64,000 bases of DNA, from contig DATHKH010000046.1 of the NCBI GenBank assembly GCA_035286325.1, positions 5,537 through 69,536 of the forward strand. The letters run 5' to 3'. The stretch is from Flavobacterium sp. (GTDB lineage: Bacteria; Bacteroidota; Bacteroidia; Flavobacteriales; Flavobacteriaceae). The translations under genes were made by a program, and so were the position numbers. Of the stretch, positions 31,473 to 40,444 are shown piece after piece. How positions within the stretch are numbered: the first letter of the stretch is position 1; each line of letters starts with the position of its first letter. The notes under the pieces were generated by a model. That model saw only the letters and a list, made by a program, of their open reading frames with translations. It did no database searches and was not told the origin of the DNA.

Positions 31473-31844
31473 TTATTTTTTTGCCGAAAGCATCGATTTC
31501 AACGAATTCATTTCGTCGAGGAGTTTTTGGAATTGCTGCGGAAGCTCCGTTTCTTCAGATGGAAAAGGCGTTTGTGTGAGTTCGGCTTCGGCGGCTTTGA
31601 GCGCTTTCAAGCCAAGTGCTTCATCCTTGATTTCGTAAAGAATCTTTTCCTTGAGCCAAAGCAACATAAAAGGTTCAAAATCAATATCCAGTAGTTCAGA
31701 TAATTTTTTCACTTGCGCTTTCGTCGGCGTTCGCGTACCGCTTTCAAATTTGCTGATCAATGCCTGGTCGATTCCCGACATCTGTGCGAGTTCGCGTGTC
31801 TTGAAACCTTTGGCTTCGCGGGCATTTCTCAGGAGATTTTTCAT
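31473..31844 (-). CDS. XRE-family helix-turn-helix protein
   Basis: ELAQMSGIDQALISKFESGTRTP HTH; start overlaps the smpB stop. Confidence 0.85.
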   Translation of the reverse strand: MKNLLRNAREAKGFKTRELAQMSGIDQALISKFESGTRTPTKAQVKKLSELLDIDFEPFMLLWLKEKILYEIKDEALGLKALKAAEAELTQTPFPSEETELPQQFQKLLDEMNSLKSMLSAKK

Positions 31845-32302
31845 TACCTTTTGTATTCTTTCTTGATTCGGTCAAGATCGCGTTTGGTATCCTGTTCTTT
31901 TAGGGTTTCGCGTTTGTCGTAGGTTTTCTTTCCGCGACAAAGGCCAATGTCGATTTTCGCCATTCCTTTTTCATTGGTGAACAATTTCAGCGGAATAATC
32001 GTCAGCCCTTTGCTTTGCACGCCGCGTTCGAGTGTTTTCAATTCGCGTTTGTTGAGTAGTAATTTCCTTTCGCTACGGGCATTGTGGTTGAATTGGTTGC
32101 CAAAAGCGTATTCGTCAATCGTCGCATTGATCAAAAACAATTCATTGTTGCTGAACTCGCAAAAACCTTCGGTAATGTTGGCTTTGCCCAGGCGGATGGA
32201 TTTGATTTCCGTTCCCGCAAGGACGATTCCGGCGGTATAGGTTTCGATGATCTCGTAATCGAACCGCGCTCTTTTATTCAGTATGTTTATCGTTTTCAGC
32301 AT
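31844..32302 (-). CDS. smpB: SsrA-binding protein
   Basis: [37 protein letters not shown]. Confidence 0.97.
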   Translation of the reverse strand: MLKTINILNKRARFDYEIIETYTAGIVLAGTEIKSIRLGKANITEGFCEFSNNELFLINATIDEYAFGNQFNHNARSERKLLLNKRELKTLERGVQSKGLTIIPLKLFTNEKGMAKIDIGLCRGKKTYDKRETLKEQDTKRDLDRIKKEYKR

Positions 32303-32386
32303 AGCAGGGCAAAGGTAATAACAAATTGTCGGAAAGTTAAAATTTCAGGCGCTCCAATTTTTATGATTTAATGTTACTTTTGTCAA

Positions 32387-32617
32387 ATGCAGAACAGTAC
32401 ATCAAAAGATCCATTGCACGGCATTACGCTACAGAAAATCCTCGAACAGCTCGTGGCTTTTTATGGCTTTGACACTTTGGGTGGATTGGTTAAAATCAAG
32501 TGCTTTACTGAAAATCCAAGCATCAAATCAAGCCTGACTTTCCTTCGTAAAACCGACTGGGCCAGAAAGAAAGTCGAGGAATTGTACATTCGTTCGCTTC
32601 CGAAAATGAAACGTTGA
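32387..32617 (+). CDS. VF530/DUF2132 family DNA-binding protein
   Basis: DPLHGITL...[21 protein letters not shown]. Confidence 0.92.
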   Translation: MQNSTSKDPLHGITLQKILEQLVAFYGFDTLGGLVKIKCFTENPSIKSSLTFLRKTDWARKKVEELYIRSLPKMKR

Positions 32618-32618
32618 T

Positions 32619-33923
32619 TTACGCGGGTTTCTTTCCACCCTTATCCTCAAATGTAAAATCACGCAATTGCGGTGCCTTGAAAAAAGTAAAGGCAATGACG
32701 CCAAGTGTCAAACAACCGCCGGTCACAACCGCGCGAACCGTTCCGAGCCAATGTGCCATGACACCGCTTTCAAAATCGCCGAGCTCATTCGAAGAACTTA
32801 CAAACATCGTATTGACTGCAGCGACACGGCCACGCATTTCGTCGGGCGTGACCAATTGTAATATCGTGCTTCGGATGACAACGCTGACGGCGTCAAACAT
32901 TCCTGACAGCAATAACATAAAAAACGACAGGATAAAATTGGTTGAAATCCCAAAAACGATAATCGACAGGGCAAAACCCGTAACGCATAAGAATAATTTT
33001 CTTCCCGGATGGGTTTTCAACGGAAGAAAAGCCAGCAATCCCAAAGTCAGCAGTGCCCCGATTCCCGGCGCCGACCGCAAAATCCCGAATCCCATCTCGT
33101 TGACATGCAGGATTTCTTTTTGATAAACAGGAAGCAATGCCACTGCGCCGCCAAACAATACCGAAAACATGTCAAGGCACTGTGCGCCTAATAATGCCGG
33201 AGTTTTTATCACAAATCGCAGCCCTTCAGTGACGCTTCTCAGAACGGGTTCTTTTGTAACTTTCCTCAATATCGGCTTGACGGAAATCGAAAATAAAGGG
33301 AACAAAAGCAACAGCTGTATGCAAACTACAGCAAATAAGCCCGCAGGTATTCCTTTCCAGGCAATGAAAAACCCAGCAGCCAACGGGCCAAGAACTGCAC
33401 CCAATTGCCACGCCATACTGCTCCAACTCGTTGCATTTGGGTAATGATGGCGTTGGACCACCATTCCGAACAAGGCAAACATCGACGGGCTGTAAAACGA
33501 CCGCAGCATACCGCCCAGGAAAACGAAAAAATAAATGAGGATCAATGAATTGGAAATATCAAGATTGGCCTGCGCCAATGGAAGCGCCAAGACAAACAGG
33601 CCGATTCCCAAAATCAAATAGCCGATGACGCAAATCATGACCATTTTTCGCTTCTCATTCAAATCGACGACGTGACCTGAAAAGAATGAGCACGTAATCG
33701 CAGGAATGACTTCCGCCAAGCCCACAAATCCCAAAGCCAGCTTGTCGCCAGTAATGTGGTAAACCCAATAATAAATGATCGTCGACTGCATGTTCAGCGC
33801 AAAAATAAGCCCGAGCCGCAGCGAAAGATAATACTGGAATTCCTTTATTTTTAAAGATGGATTCTTCCCGAAAAAGCCTGTGGTTACAACCGGCGTGGGA
33901 TTTTCTGACTCAATGTTTTGCAT
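32619..33923 (-). CDS. MFS transporter
   Basis: About 12 TM segments; LDMFSVLFGGAVALLP, TPDEMRGRV. Confidence 0.92.
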   Translation of the reverse strand: MQNIESENPTPVVTTGFFGKNPSLKIKEFQYYLSLRLGLIFALNMQSTIIYYWVYHITGDKLALGFVGLAEVIPAITCSFFSGHVVDLNEKRKMVMICVIGYLILGIGLFVLALPLAQANLDISNSLILIYFFVFLGGMLRSFYSPSMFALFGMVVQRHHYPNATSWSSMAWQLGAVLGPLAAGFFIAWKGIPAGLFAVVCIQLLLLFPLFSISVKPILRKVTKEPVLRSVTEGLRFVIKTPALLGAQCLDMFSVLFGGAVALLPVYQKEILHVNEMGFGILRSAPGIGALLTLGLLAFLPLKTHPGRKLFLCVTGFALSIIVFGISTNFILSFFMLLLSGMFDAVSVVIRSTILQLVTPDEMRGRVAAVNTMFVSSSNELGDFESGVMAHWLGTVRAVVTGGCLTLGVIAFTFFKAPQLRDFTFEDKGGKKPA

Positions 33924-34052
33924 AATTACGGGCAGATTTCATTTCAAAATCCCGGAAGTAAATTTAAGGCTTTCCGTCAAATATTTTTTATCCGATTTCA
34001 TAATGATTTTATAAAAATGAAAGCCTTAATTTTGCTGCGCAACTTATTTCCA

Positions 34053-34622
34053 ATGGCAGATTATTTTCTCGACGTCGAATACAACGGAATCGCTTACCGC
34101 GAAGAAGAAGCCAATTTCAAGGAGTTTGAAGGCTGTACATTCAACCATTGCGACTTTTCTGCATGCACTTTTTTAGCCGTGACTTTTATCGATTGCACGT
34201 TTAACCACTGCATTTTCAGTGGCGCGAAAATCAATTATGTCGCATTCCGGACCGTATTTTTCAACGATTGCAAGATTGTCGACGTTAATTTTGCGATGTG
34301 CGACAAACTCATTTTTGAAATTCATTTTAAGGATTGTATACTCGACTTTTCGAAGTTTTATACGCTCAAAATCAAAGGAACAACGTTTACAGATTGCAGC
34401 ATTGTCGCAGTCGATTTCATGAATACTGATTTAACCGAAGTATTGTTCGACAATTGCGATTTGCACAAAACCCTGTTCATGAATTCGATCGCCAACAAAG
34501 CCGATTTCAAAACCAGTTACAATTACACGCTCGATCCTGAAAAGAATAAGGTCAAGAAGGCGATTTTCTCTTTGCAAGGTGTCAAAGGATTGCTTGCAAA
34601 GCACGAGATTTTAGTTGGTTGA
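34053..34622 (+). CDS. Pentapeptide repeat protein
   Basis: Repeating F..C.F / .DF.. pentamers; ATG at 34053 after a TAATTTTG box. Confidence 0.9.
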   Translation: MADYFLDVEYNGIAYREEEANFKEFEGCTFNHCDFSACTFLAVTFIDCTFNHCIFSGAKINYVAFRTVFFNDCKIVDVNFAMCDKLIFEIHFKDCILDFSKFYTLKIKGTTFTDCSIVAVDFMNTDLTEVLFDNCDLHKTLFMNSIANKADFKTSYNYTLDPEKNKVKKAIFSLQGVKGLLAKHEILVG

Positions 34623-34629
34623 TTTTTTT

Positions 34630-34728
34630 GGGAGCCATTTCCTGCTTTCGCCTTTATCTTTTCAGGATTGATATTCCTTCGCTGCGCTTCAGGCAATCCT
34701 AAAAAGGATGCCGGCTCTATCAGGGCTG
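34630..34728 (+). repeat. REP-like palindrome family A, copy A4
   Basis: GGGAGCCATTTCCTGCTTTCGCC...ATCTTTT...AAAAGGATGCCGGCTCTATCAGGGCTG; contains the GNAT stop codon. Confidence 0.85.
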
Positions 34729-35223
34729 GGGCAACCGTTTTTCCATGATAAAATCTTCCATCAAATAACCATGGTCTAATTCGATGTCTTCCTCGCCGAC
34801 AATCTCAAATCCGAGTTTCTCGTAAAATCCCAAAGCTTTATTCGAACGATTGACATTTAGTGTCAATACATCTGAATCGTTTATTTTGGCGATCGCTGAA
34901 ATCCCATCAATTAAAATCTTGCCGATTCCTTTTCCCTGCGCTTCCGGAAGCATATAGATTTTTGGGATTTTAGTCATGTGAATTTTAGGGTAATCATGTA
35001 CGTAACTCGCGAAACCCAACGCGATTCCGTCTTCTTTTGCAATTAAAAAATGATGGCCGCTTCTAAGGTTTTTATTTAAACCATCGACTGAGTAGAATAA
35101 ATCCAACATGTAGTTTAACTGAACTTTAGATAAAATATTTCCGTAAGTTGACGGCCATGTTTTATAAGCGATTTCACTTATGATGCCAAAATCATCCGCT
35201 GTGGCTTCACTAATCGTTATCAT
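34720..35223 (-). CDS. GNAT family N-acetyltransferase
   Basis: QGKGIG acetyl-CoA motif, LNVNRSNKALGFYEKLGF. Confidence 0.92.
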   Translation of the reverse strand: MITISEATADDFGIISEIAYKTWPSTYGNILSKVQLNYMLDLFYSVDGLNKNLRSGHHFLIAKEDGIALGFASYVHDYPKIHMTKIPKIYMLPEAQGKGIGKILIDGISAIAKINDSDVLTLNVNRSNKALGFYEKLGFEIVGEEDIELDHGYLMEDFIMEKRLPQP

Positions 35224-35254
35224 TGGCTAATATTTTGGAATTTTAAAATTGGAA

Positions 35255-35848
35255 TTACCCATGGATTGTTTCGCCTTTTCCATATTTTGCAATCACTGAG
35301 GCTTCAAAATCCAGCCATTCGCGCCAGCGTTTTTCGACATCGATTCCGGTGCCGTATTTCCGTGCATAAGTGATGAACGTCGTATAATGTCCGGCTTCAC
35401 TTTCCATCAGTTCACGGTAAAATGCCGACAGTTCTTCATCCTTGATATTTTCAGAAAGCACTTTAAAGCGCTCACAGCTCCGGGCTTCAATCATCGCAGA
35501 AAACAATAGTCTTTCCACCAATCCTGATACGCGGCTTCCGGTATTGCTCTGTTTCATGTATTGCGCGAGTTCGCCGACGTATTCGTCTTTGCGTTCGCGC
35601 CCGAGTTTTAACCCGCGCTTTTTGATGATTTCATGAACCATGTCAAAATGCTCGATTTCCTCTTTGGCCAAGGCCAGCATATCGGTCACCAAATCAGGAA
35701 ACTCCGAATTGATCGTAATGATCGTAATCGCATTGGTAGCCGCTTTTTGCTCGCACCATGCGTGGTCGGTCAGGATTTCTTCTATGTTTTTCTCGACGAT
35801 ATTGACCCAACGCGGGTCGGTTGGCAATTGCAATCTGAATGTGGCCAT
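35255..35848 (-). CDS. miaE: tRNA-(ms2io6A) hydroxylase, MiaE family
   Basis: LTDHAWCEQKAA, EEIEHF, IEARSCERF, SEAGHY di-iron motifs. Confidence 0.9.
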   Translation of the reverse strand: MATFRLQLPTDPRWVNIVEKNIEEILTDHAWCEQKAATNAITIITINSEFPDLVTDMLALAKEEIEHFDMVHEIIKKRGLKLGRERKDEYVGELAQYMKQSNTGSRVSGLVERLLFSAMIEARSCERFKVLSENIKDEELSAFYRELMESEAGHYTTFITYARKYGTGIDVEKRWREWLDFEASVIAKYGKGETIHG

Positions 35849-35918
35849 TGTTTTGTTATTTGAAAAAACCTTCAAAAGCGGACTAATGAAGGTTCTTAAA
35901 TTCATTGTAAATTTTATT

Positions 35919-37193
35919 TTAGAAAACGAAAATCGCCCTTTCGCTCATCATGTCATTGACTTCATCAGCGACTTCTTCGATGATTTCCTCGTTTGTATGG
36001 TTCTGGATCACGCGGTCAATGAAATCAACTATCGTTTCCATGTCTTCTTCCAGCAAACCTCTTGTCGTGATTGCTGCAGTTCCAACGCGGATTCCCGAGG
36101 TTATAAACGGCGATTTGTCATCAAACGGCACCATGTTTTTATTGACAGTGATTTCAGCCTTTACCAAAGCGTTTTCCGCTTCTTTCCCTGAGATGCTTTT
36201 ATTGCGGAGGTCAATCAGCATCATGTGATTGTCGGTTCCGCCGGAAATGATGTTGTAATCGCGCGCAACGAATGCCGCTGCCATGGCTTTGGCGTTTTTT
36301 TGCACCTGCATCGCATATCGGAAGAACTCATCGGTCAGGCATTCGCCAAACGCCACAGCTTTCGCCGCGATAATGTGCATTAATGGTCCGCCTTGGTTTC
36401 CTGGAAAAACAGCCATATCGAGTAAATTCGACATCATCTTGATTTCTCCTTTTGGCGTCGTTTGTCCGAATGGGTTTGGAAAATCCTTGCCCATCATAAT
36501 CATGCCGCCTCTTGGGCCGCGCAGGGTTTTGTGTGTGGTCGTTGTGACGATATGGCAATGCGGAATCGGGTCATTCATTAACCCTTTGGCAATCAGTCCG
36601 GCAGGATGCGCAATGTCGGCCATCAGGATGGCGCCAACGCTGTCGGCGATTTTTCTGAACCTTTCAAAATCCATATCACGGGAATAAGCTGAAGCGCCTG
36701 CAATAATCATTTTAGGCAGCTCTCTGGTCGCGACTTCCTGGATTTTATCATAATTTAAACGGCCAGTTTCCTGTTCAACGCCGTAAAAAACAGGATTGTA
36801 TAATTTGCCTGAGAAATTCACTGGCGAGCCGTGGGTCAAATGCCCACCATGCGACAAATCAAAACCGAGGATTTTGTCTCCGGGTTTCAGGCATGCGGCA
36901 TAAACGGCGGTATTTGCCTGTGAGCCAGAATGCGGTTGCACATTGACATATTCAGCACCAAATAAGGCTTTTGCACGGTCAATGGCGATTTGTTCTACGA
37001 CATCAACGACTTCGCATCCGCCGTAATATCTTCTGCCTGGATAACCTTCGGCATATTTGTTTGTCAAAACAGATCCGGCTGCCTCAAGAACACCGTCACT
37101 TACAAAATTTTCGGAAGCTATCAGTTCCAATCCGTGAATCTGTCTTTCCTGTTCTTCAATAATCAAATCAAAAATTTCTTCGTCGCGTCGCAT
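35919..37193 (-). CDS. glyA: Serine hydroxymethyltransferase
   Basis: [30 protein letters not shown]. Confidence 0.98.
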   Translation of the reverse strand: MRRDEEIFDLIIEEQERQIHGLELIASENFVSDGVLEAAGSVLTNKYAEGYPGRRYYGGCEVVDVVEQIAIDRAKALFGAEYVNVQPHSGSQANTAVYAACLKPGDKILGFDLSHGGHLTHGSPVNFSGKLYNPVFYGVEQETGRLNYDKIQEVATRELPKMIIAGASAYSRDMDFERFRKIADSVGAILMADIAHPAGLIAKGLMNDPIPHCHIVTTTTHKTLRGPRGGMIMMGKDFPNPFGQTTPKGEIKMMSNLLDMAVFPGNQGGPLMHIIAAKAVAFGECLTDEFFRYAMQVQKNAKAMAAAFVARDYNIISGGTDNHMMLIDLRNKSISGKEAENALVKAEITVNKNMVPFDDKSPFITSGIRVGTAAITTRGLLEEDMETIVDFIDRVIQNHTNEEIIEEVADEVNDMMSERAIFVF

Positions 37194-37303
37194 TTGTGTA
37201 TATTTCGTTAAATTGGTGTCAAAAATACGAAAAACGTTTGGTACAATGAATGTTAATTTTATATTTGGTATCTAAATTCCAACAACTAACCTAACTAACA
37301 AAA

Positions 37304-38587
37304 ATGCCAATTACTGCTAACAACTCGAATCGAAAAACCTGGCTTAACGTCCCCGAAGACAGTGATTTTCCGATTCAAAACATTCCATTTGGTGTGTTTC
37401 TTACCAAAGATGACGTCATCACCATTGGAACCCGGATAGGCGATTATGCCATTGATTTGGGTGCCTTGCAACAACTCAATTATTTTGATGGCATAGAACT
37501 GACCGATGACATGTTCATGCAGGATACGTTAAACGATTTTATCTCAGACGGAAAAAAAACATGGCGCCTGGTGCGGAATCGCATCGCCGATATTTTTGAC
37601 GAAAAAAACACCGATTTAAAAAACAACGAAACCCATCGCCAGATTGCGATTTTCAAGATGGAAGATGTCGAAATGCAACTTCCGGTCATGATTGGCGATT
37701 ACACCGATTTTTATTCCAGCAAAGAACATGCGACCAATGTCGGAAAAATGTTCCGCGATCCTGAAAATGCCTTGTTGCCAAACTGGCTTCACATTCCGGT
37801 GGGTTATCACGGAAGAAGCTCGACGATAGTTCCTTCAGGCATTTCCATCCACAGGCCAATGGGACAAACCCTTCCCGCGGGAGAAAAAACCCCGGTTTTT
37901 GGTCCGTCGCGATTGGTTGACTTTGAATTGGAAACTGCTTTTATCACGACCGATGCGAATATTATGGGAGAAAATATCCCTGTTTATGAAGCTGAAGATT
38001 ATATTTTCGGGATGGTTTTGCTAAACGACTGGAGTGCGCGCGACATCCAGAAATGGGAATATGTGCCACTTGGGCCATTCCTTGCGAAGAATTTTGCGAC
38101 TTCCATTTCGCCGTGGATTGTCACTATGGATGCACTGGAACCTTTCCGTACCAAAGGCCCGAAACAAGAACCGGCGCCGCTTCCATACCTGCAAATCAAA
38201 GGGAAGCATGCCTTCGACATCAATCTCGAGGTATCGATCCAGCCCGAAGATGCGGAACCGAAAGTGGTTTCCAATTCCAATTTCAAATATATGTATTGGA
38301 GCATGAGCCAGCAATTGGCGCATCATACATCAAATGGTTGCCGCGTGAATTCGGGCGATATGATGGGTTCAGGAACGATTTCAGGTCCGACTGAAGACAG
38401 TTTTGGGTCGATGCTCGAACTGACCTGGGGCGGAAAAAATCCAATCAAAATGAGTGATGGCACTGAAAGGCGTTTTATCAACGACGGTGACAGTGTGACG
38501 ATAAAAGGCTGGTGCAAGAATGAAAAGATCAGGATTGGATTTGGCGAAGTATGCAATAAGCTGCTGCCGACATTCTCAGGGAAATAA
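37304..38587 (+). CDS. fahA: Fumarylacetoacetase
   Basis: DFPIQNIPFG, DYTDFYSS, DFELE, NDWSARDIQKWEYVPLGPF. Confidence 0.96.
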   Translation: MPITANNSNRKTWLNVPEDSDFPIQNIPFGVFLTKDDVITIGTRIGDYAIDLGALQQLNYFDGIELTDDMFMQDTLNDFISDGKKTWRLVRNRIADIFDEKNTDLKNNETHRQIAIFKMEDVEMQLPVMIGDYTDFYSSKEHATNVGKMFRDPENALLPNWLHIPVGYHGRSSTIVPSGISIHRPMGQTLPAGEKTPVFGPSRLVDFELETAFITTDANIMGENIPVYEAEDYIFGMVLLNDWSARDIQKWEYVPLGPFLAKNFATSISPWIVTMDALEPFRTKGPKQEPAPLPYLQIKGKHAFDINLEVSIQPEDAEPKVVSNSNFKYMYWSMSQQLAHHTSNGCRVNSGDMMGSGTISGPTEDSFGSMLELTWGGKNPIKMSDGTERRFINDGDSVTIKGWCKNEKIRIGFGEVCNKLLPTFSGK

Positions 38588-38593
38588 ATAAAT

Positions 38594-38630
38594 GCATAAA
38601 AACCTCACATTTCGTGAGGTTTTTTTATGC
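38594..38630 (+). terminator. Intrinsic terminator
   Basis: AAAAACCTCAC-ATTTC-GTGAGGTTTTTTT. Confidence 0.8.
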
Positions 38631-38681
38631 CTATGGTTTCTAAAATAAACAGGCTTCTTATATTTGTTAAAATTTTTATTC

Positions 38682-39863
38682 ATGAAAAAAATTACCGCCT
38701 TAGCATTGTTATTCCTTTTTTCGGCCTGTGGCGTTAAACAGACGCAGAAACAATTGGCTTCCGGAAATTACGACCAAGCCATATCGAAAGCCACCAATAG
38801 CCTGCGCAGCAACAAGGACAAAAAGGGAAAACAGGATTACGTTTACCTTCTCGAAGATGCGTTTGCCAAAGCAAAGGAACGCGATCTCAGCGAAATTGAA
38901 ATGCTTGCCAAAGATGCCAATCCTGCGAATCTGGAGAAAATTTACAATACTTATTTGCAGTTGAATGCACGCCAGGAAAAAATTCGGCCGCTGCTCCCTT
39001 TGAAATTGATAAAGGAAAGCCGCAACGCGAATTTTGTATTTGAGAATTATTCAGACGCTATCATCAGCAGCAAAAATTCGTTATCAAAATACCTGTACGA
39101 CAACGCTTTGAAGTTGATTAAGTCATCCAATAAATTAGATTCTAGAGCCGCTTATGACGATCTGGTTTATCTTGAAAAAATCAATCCAGGTTTTAAAGAC
39201 ACCAAAAAAGTCATGGACGATGCGCAATTGAAAGGCACTGATTTCGTCAGCGTGTACACCAAAAACGAAACGAATATGGTGATTCCTGCAGGGCTTCAAA
39301 ATGACCTATTGGATTTCAGTACGTTCGGGTTGAACGACAAATGGACCGTTTACCACAGCAACAAACTAAAATCGATAACTTATGATTATGGATTAATCGT
39401 CAATTTCAGGGATATCAAAATTTCGCCGGAGCAGGAAAAAGAAAAGGAATTTGTAAAGGAAAAGCAAATCAAAGACGGTACGAAGAAATTATTGGACTCG
39501 CATGGCAATGTCGTAAAAGACAGCCTTGGCCATGTGATTATGGTCGACAAATTTAAGACCATCCGAATCAGCATTTATGAATTCCGCCAGTTTAAAACAT
39601 GCCAGGTTGCGGCAAAAGTCGACTATATAGATTTTAAGACCAACCAATTGATTGATACTTTTCCACTGTCGAGCGAATATACATTTGAGAATATCTACTC
39701 TAAATACAATGGCGACAAACGCGCGGCGGATGAAAGCTATTACAGCAATTTCGACAAGCGGGCTGTGCCTTTTCCGTCAAACGAACAAATGGTTTATGAC
39801 TCTGGCGAGGATTTGAAGGCCAAACTCAAAACCATCATCACCAAAAACCGATTCAGGAGATAA
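38682..39863 (+). CDS. Conserved hypothetical lipoprotein
   Basis: Lipobox FSAC; long helical ORF; TATATTTG box upstream. Confidence 0.8.
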   Translation: MKKITALALLFLFSACGVKQTQKQLASGNYDQAISKATNSLRSNKDKKGKQDYVYLLEDAFAKAKERDLSEIEMLAKDANPANLEKIYNTYLQLNARQEKIRPLLPLKLIKESRNANFVFENYSDAIISSKNSLSKYLYDNALKLIKSSNKLDSRAAYDDLVYLEKINPGFKDTKKVMDDAQLKGTDFVSVYTKNETNMVIPAGLQNDLLDFSTFGLNDKWTVYHSNKLKSITYDYGLIVNFRDIKISPEQEKEKEFVKEKQIKDGTKKLLDSHGNVVKDSLGHVIMVDKFKTIRISIYEFRQFKTCQVAAKVDYIDFKTNQLIDTFPLSSEYTFENIYSKYNGDKRAADESYYSNFDKRAVPFPSNEQMVYDSGEDLKAKLKTIITKNRFRR

Positions 39864-39868
39864 AAAAT

Positions 39869-39892
39869 AACCGCCGATTAAGGCGGTTTTTT
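39869..39892. terminator. Bidirectional terminator
   Basis: AACCGCC-GATTAA-GGCGGTTTT between convergent genes. Confidence 0.75.
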
Positions 39893-40295
39893 ATTGGTGT
39901 TCGTCCACTTTTATTTTTAATTCATCGGCGTCAATGTCGCTGTGGGAAGCCGTGTAGATGCATTTGCCGTCTTTCAGCAAAATCAATTGCGGCGACTGGT
40001 GGATAACGCTAAATCGATCGGCAATTTCATTCGACACATCACGATGGGCGATAAGGTCCAGAAAATAGCCTTTTGCTTCGTTTTCATCCAATGAATAATG
40101 ATGCTCAAACTGCTTCAAAGCCATTCGGCTGATGTTGCATCTCGTTGAATGCTTAAAGATCAATACAGGCTGTTCAAACGATTCCAGAACCAATGTATCC
40201 AGTTGTTTTATTTCTGTTAAAGTGTTCCAATGAATAGCAGTTTCGTGACTATCTTTATTAGTCGAATCGCCGAATATTTTACTGAAAAGGTTCAT
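39891..40295 (-). CDS. ytxJ: Bacillithiol system redox-active protein, YtxJ (BrxC) family
   Basis: FKHSTRCNIS, HQSPQ, SH motifs. Confidence 0.88.
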   Translation of the reverse strand: MNLFSKIFGDSTNKDSHETAIHWNTLTEIKQLDTLVLESFEQPVLIFKHSTRCNISRMALKQFEHHYSLDENEAKGYFLDLIAHRDVSNEIADRFSVIHQSPQLILLKDGKCIYTASHSDIDADELKIKVDEHQ

Positions 40296-40444
40296 ATCGT
40301 CAGGTTTTGAGACATTTTGTCCGTTGGAAATTTACTGGTAAGACTTTTTGTCAGATTTTCCTTATTGGAATATAATTTGACAACGCGCTTTTCAAATTTA
40401 AAGAATTGGATTTTTGAAACTGTTAAACTTAAAACAAAATATAA

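Noticed and set aside
31579-31592. GCCGAAGCCGAACT (minus strand) in the XRE gene resembling the element centre
   Set aside because: It lacks both ACYCGAG and the terminal hairpin, and is explained by Ala-Glu-Ala-Glu-Leu codons.
33810-33826. CCCGAGCCGCAGCGAAA resembling the micro-element start
   Set aside because: No GAACWG linker or terminal GNA hairpin; it encodes an ordinary MFS helix (LSLRLG) on the other strand.
34053-34622. Qnr-type quinolone resistance gene
   Set aside because: Pentapeptide repeats alone do not establish Qnr function; the context is chromosomal and I cannot verify Qnr-specific loops.
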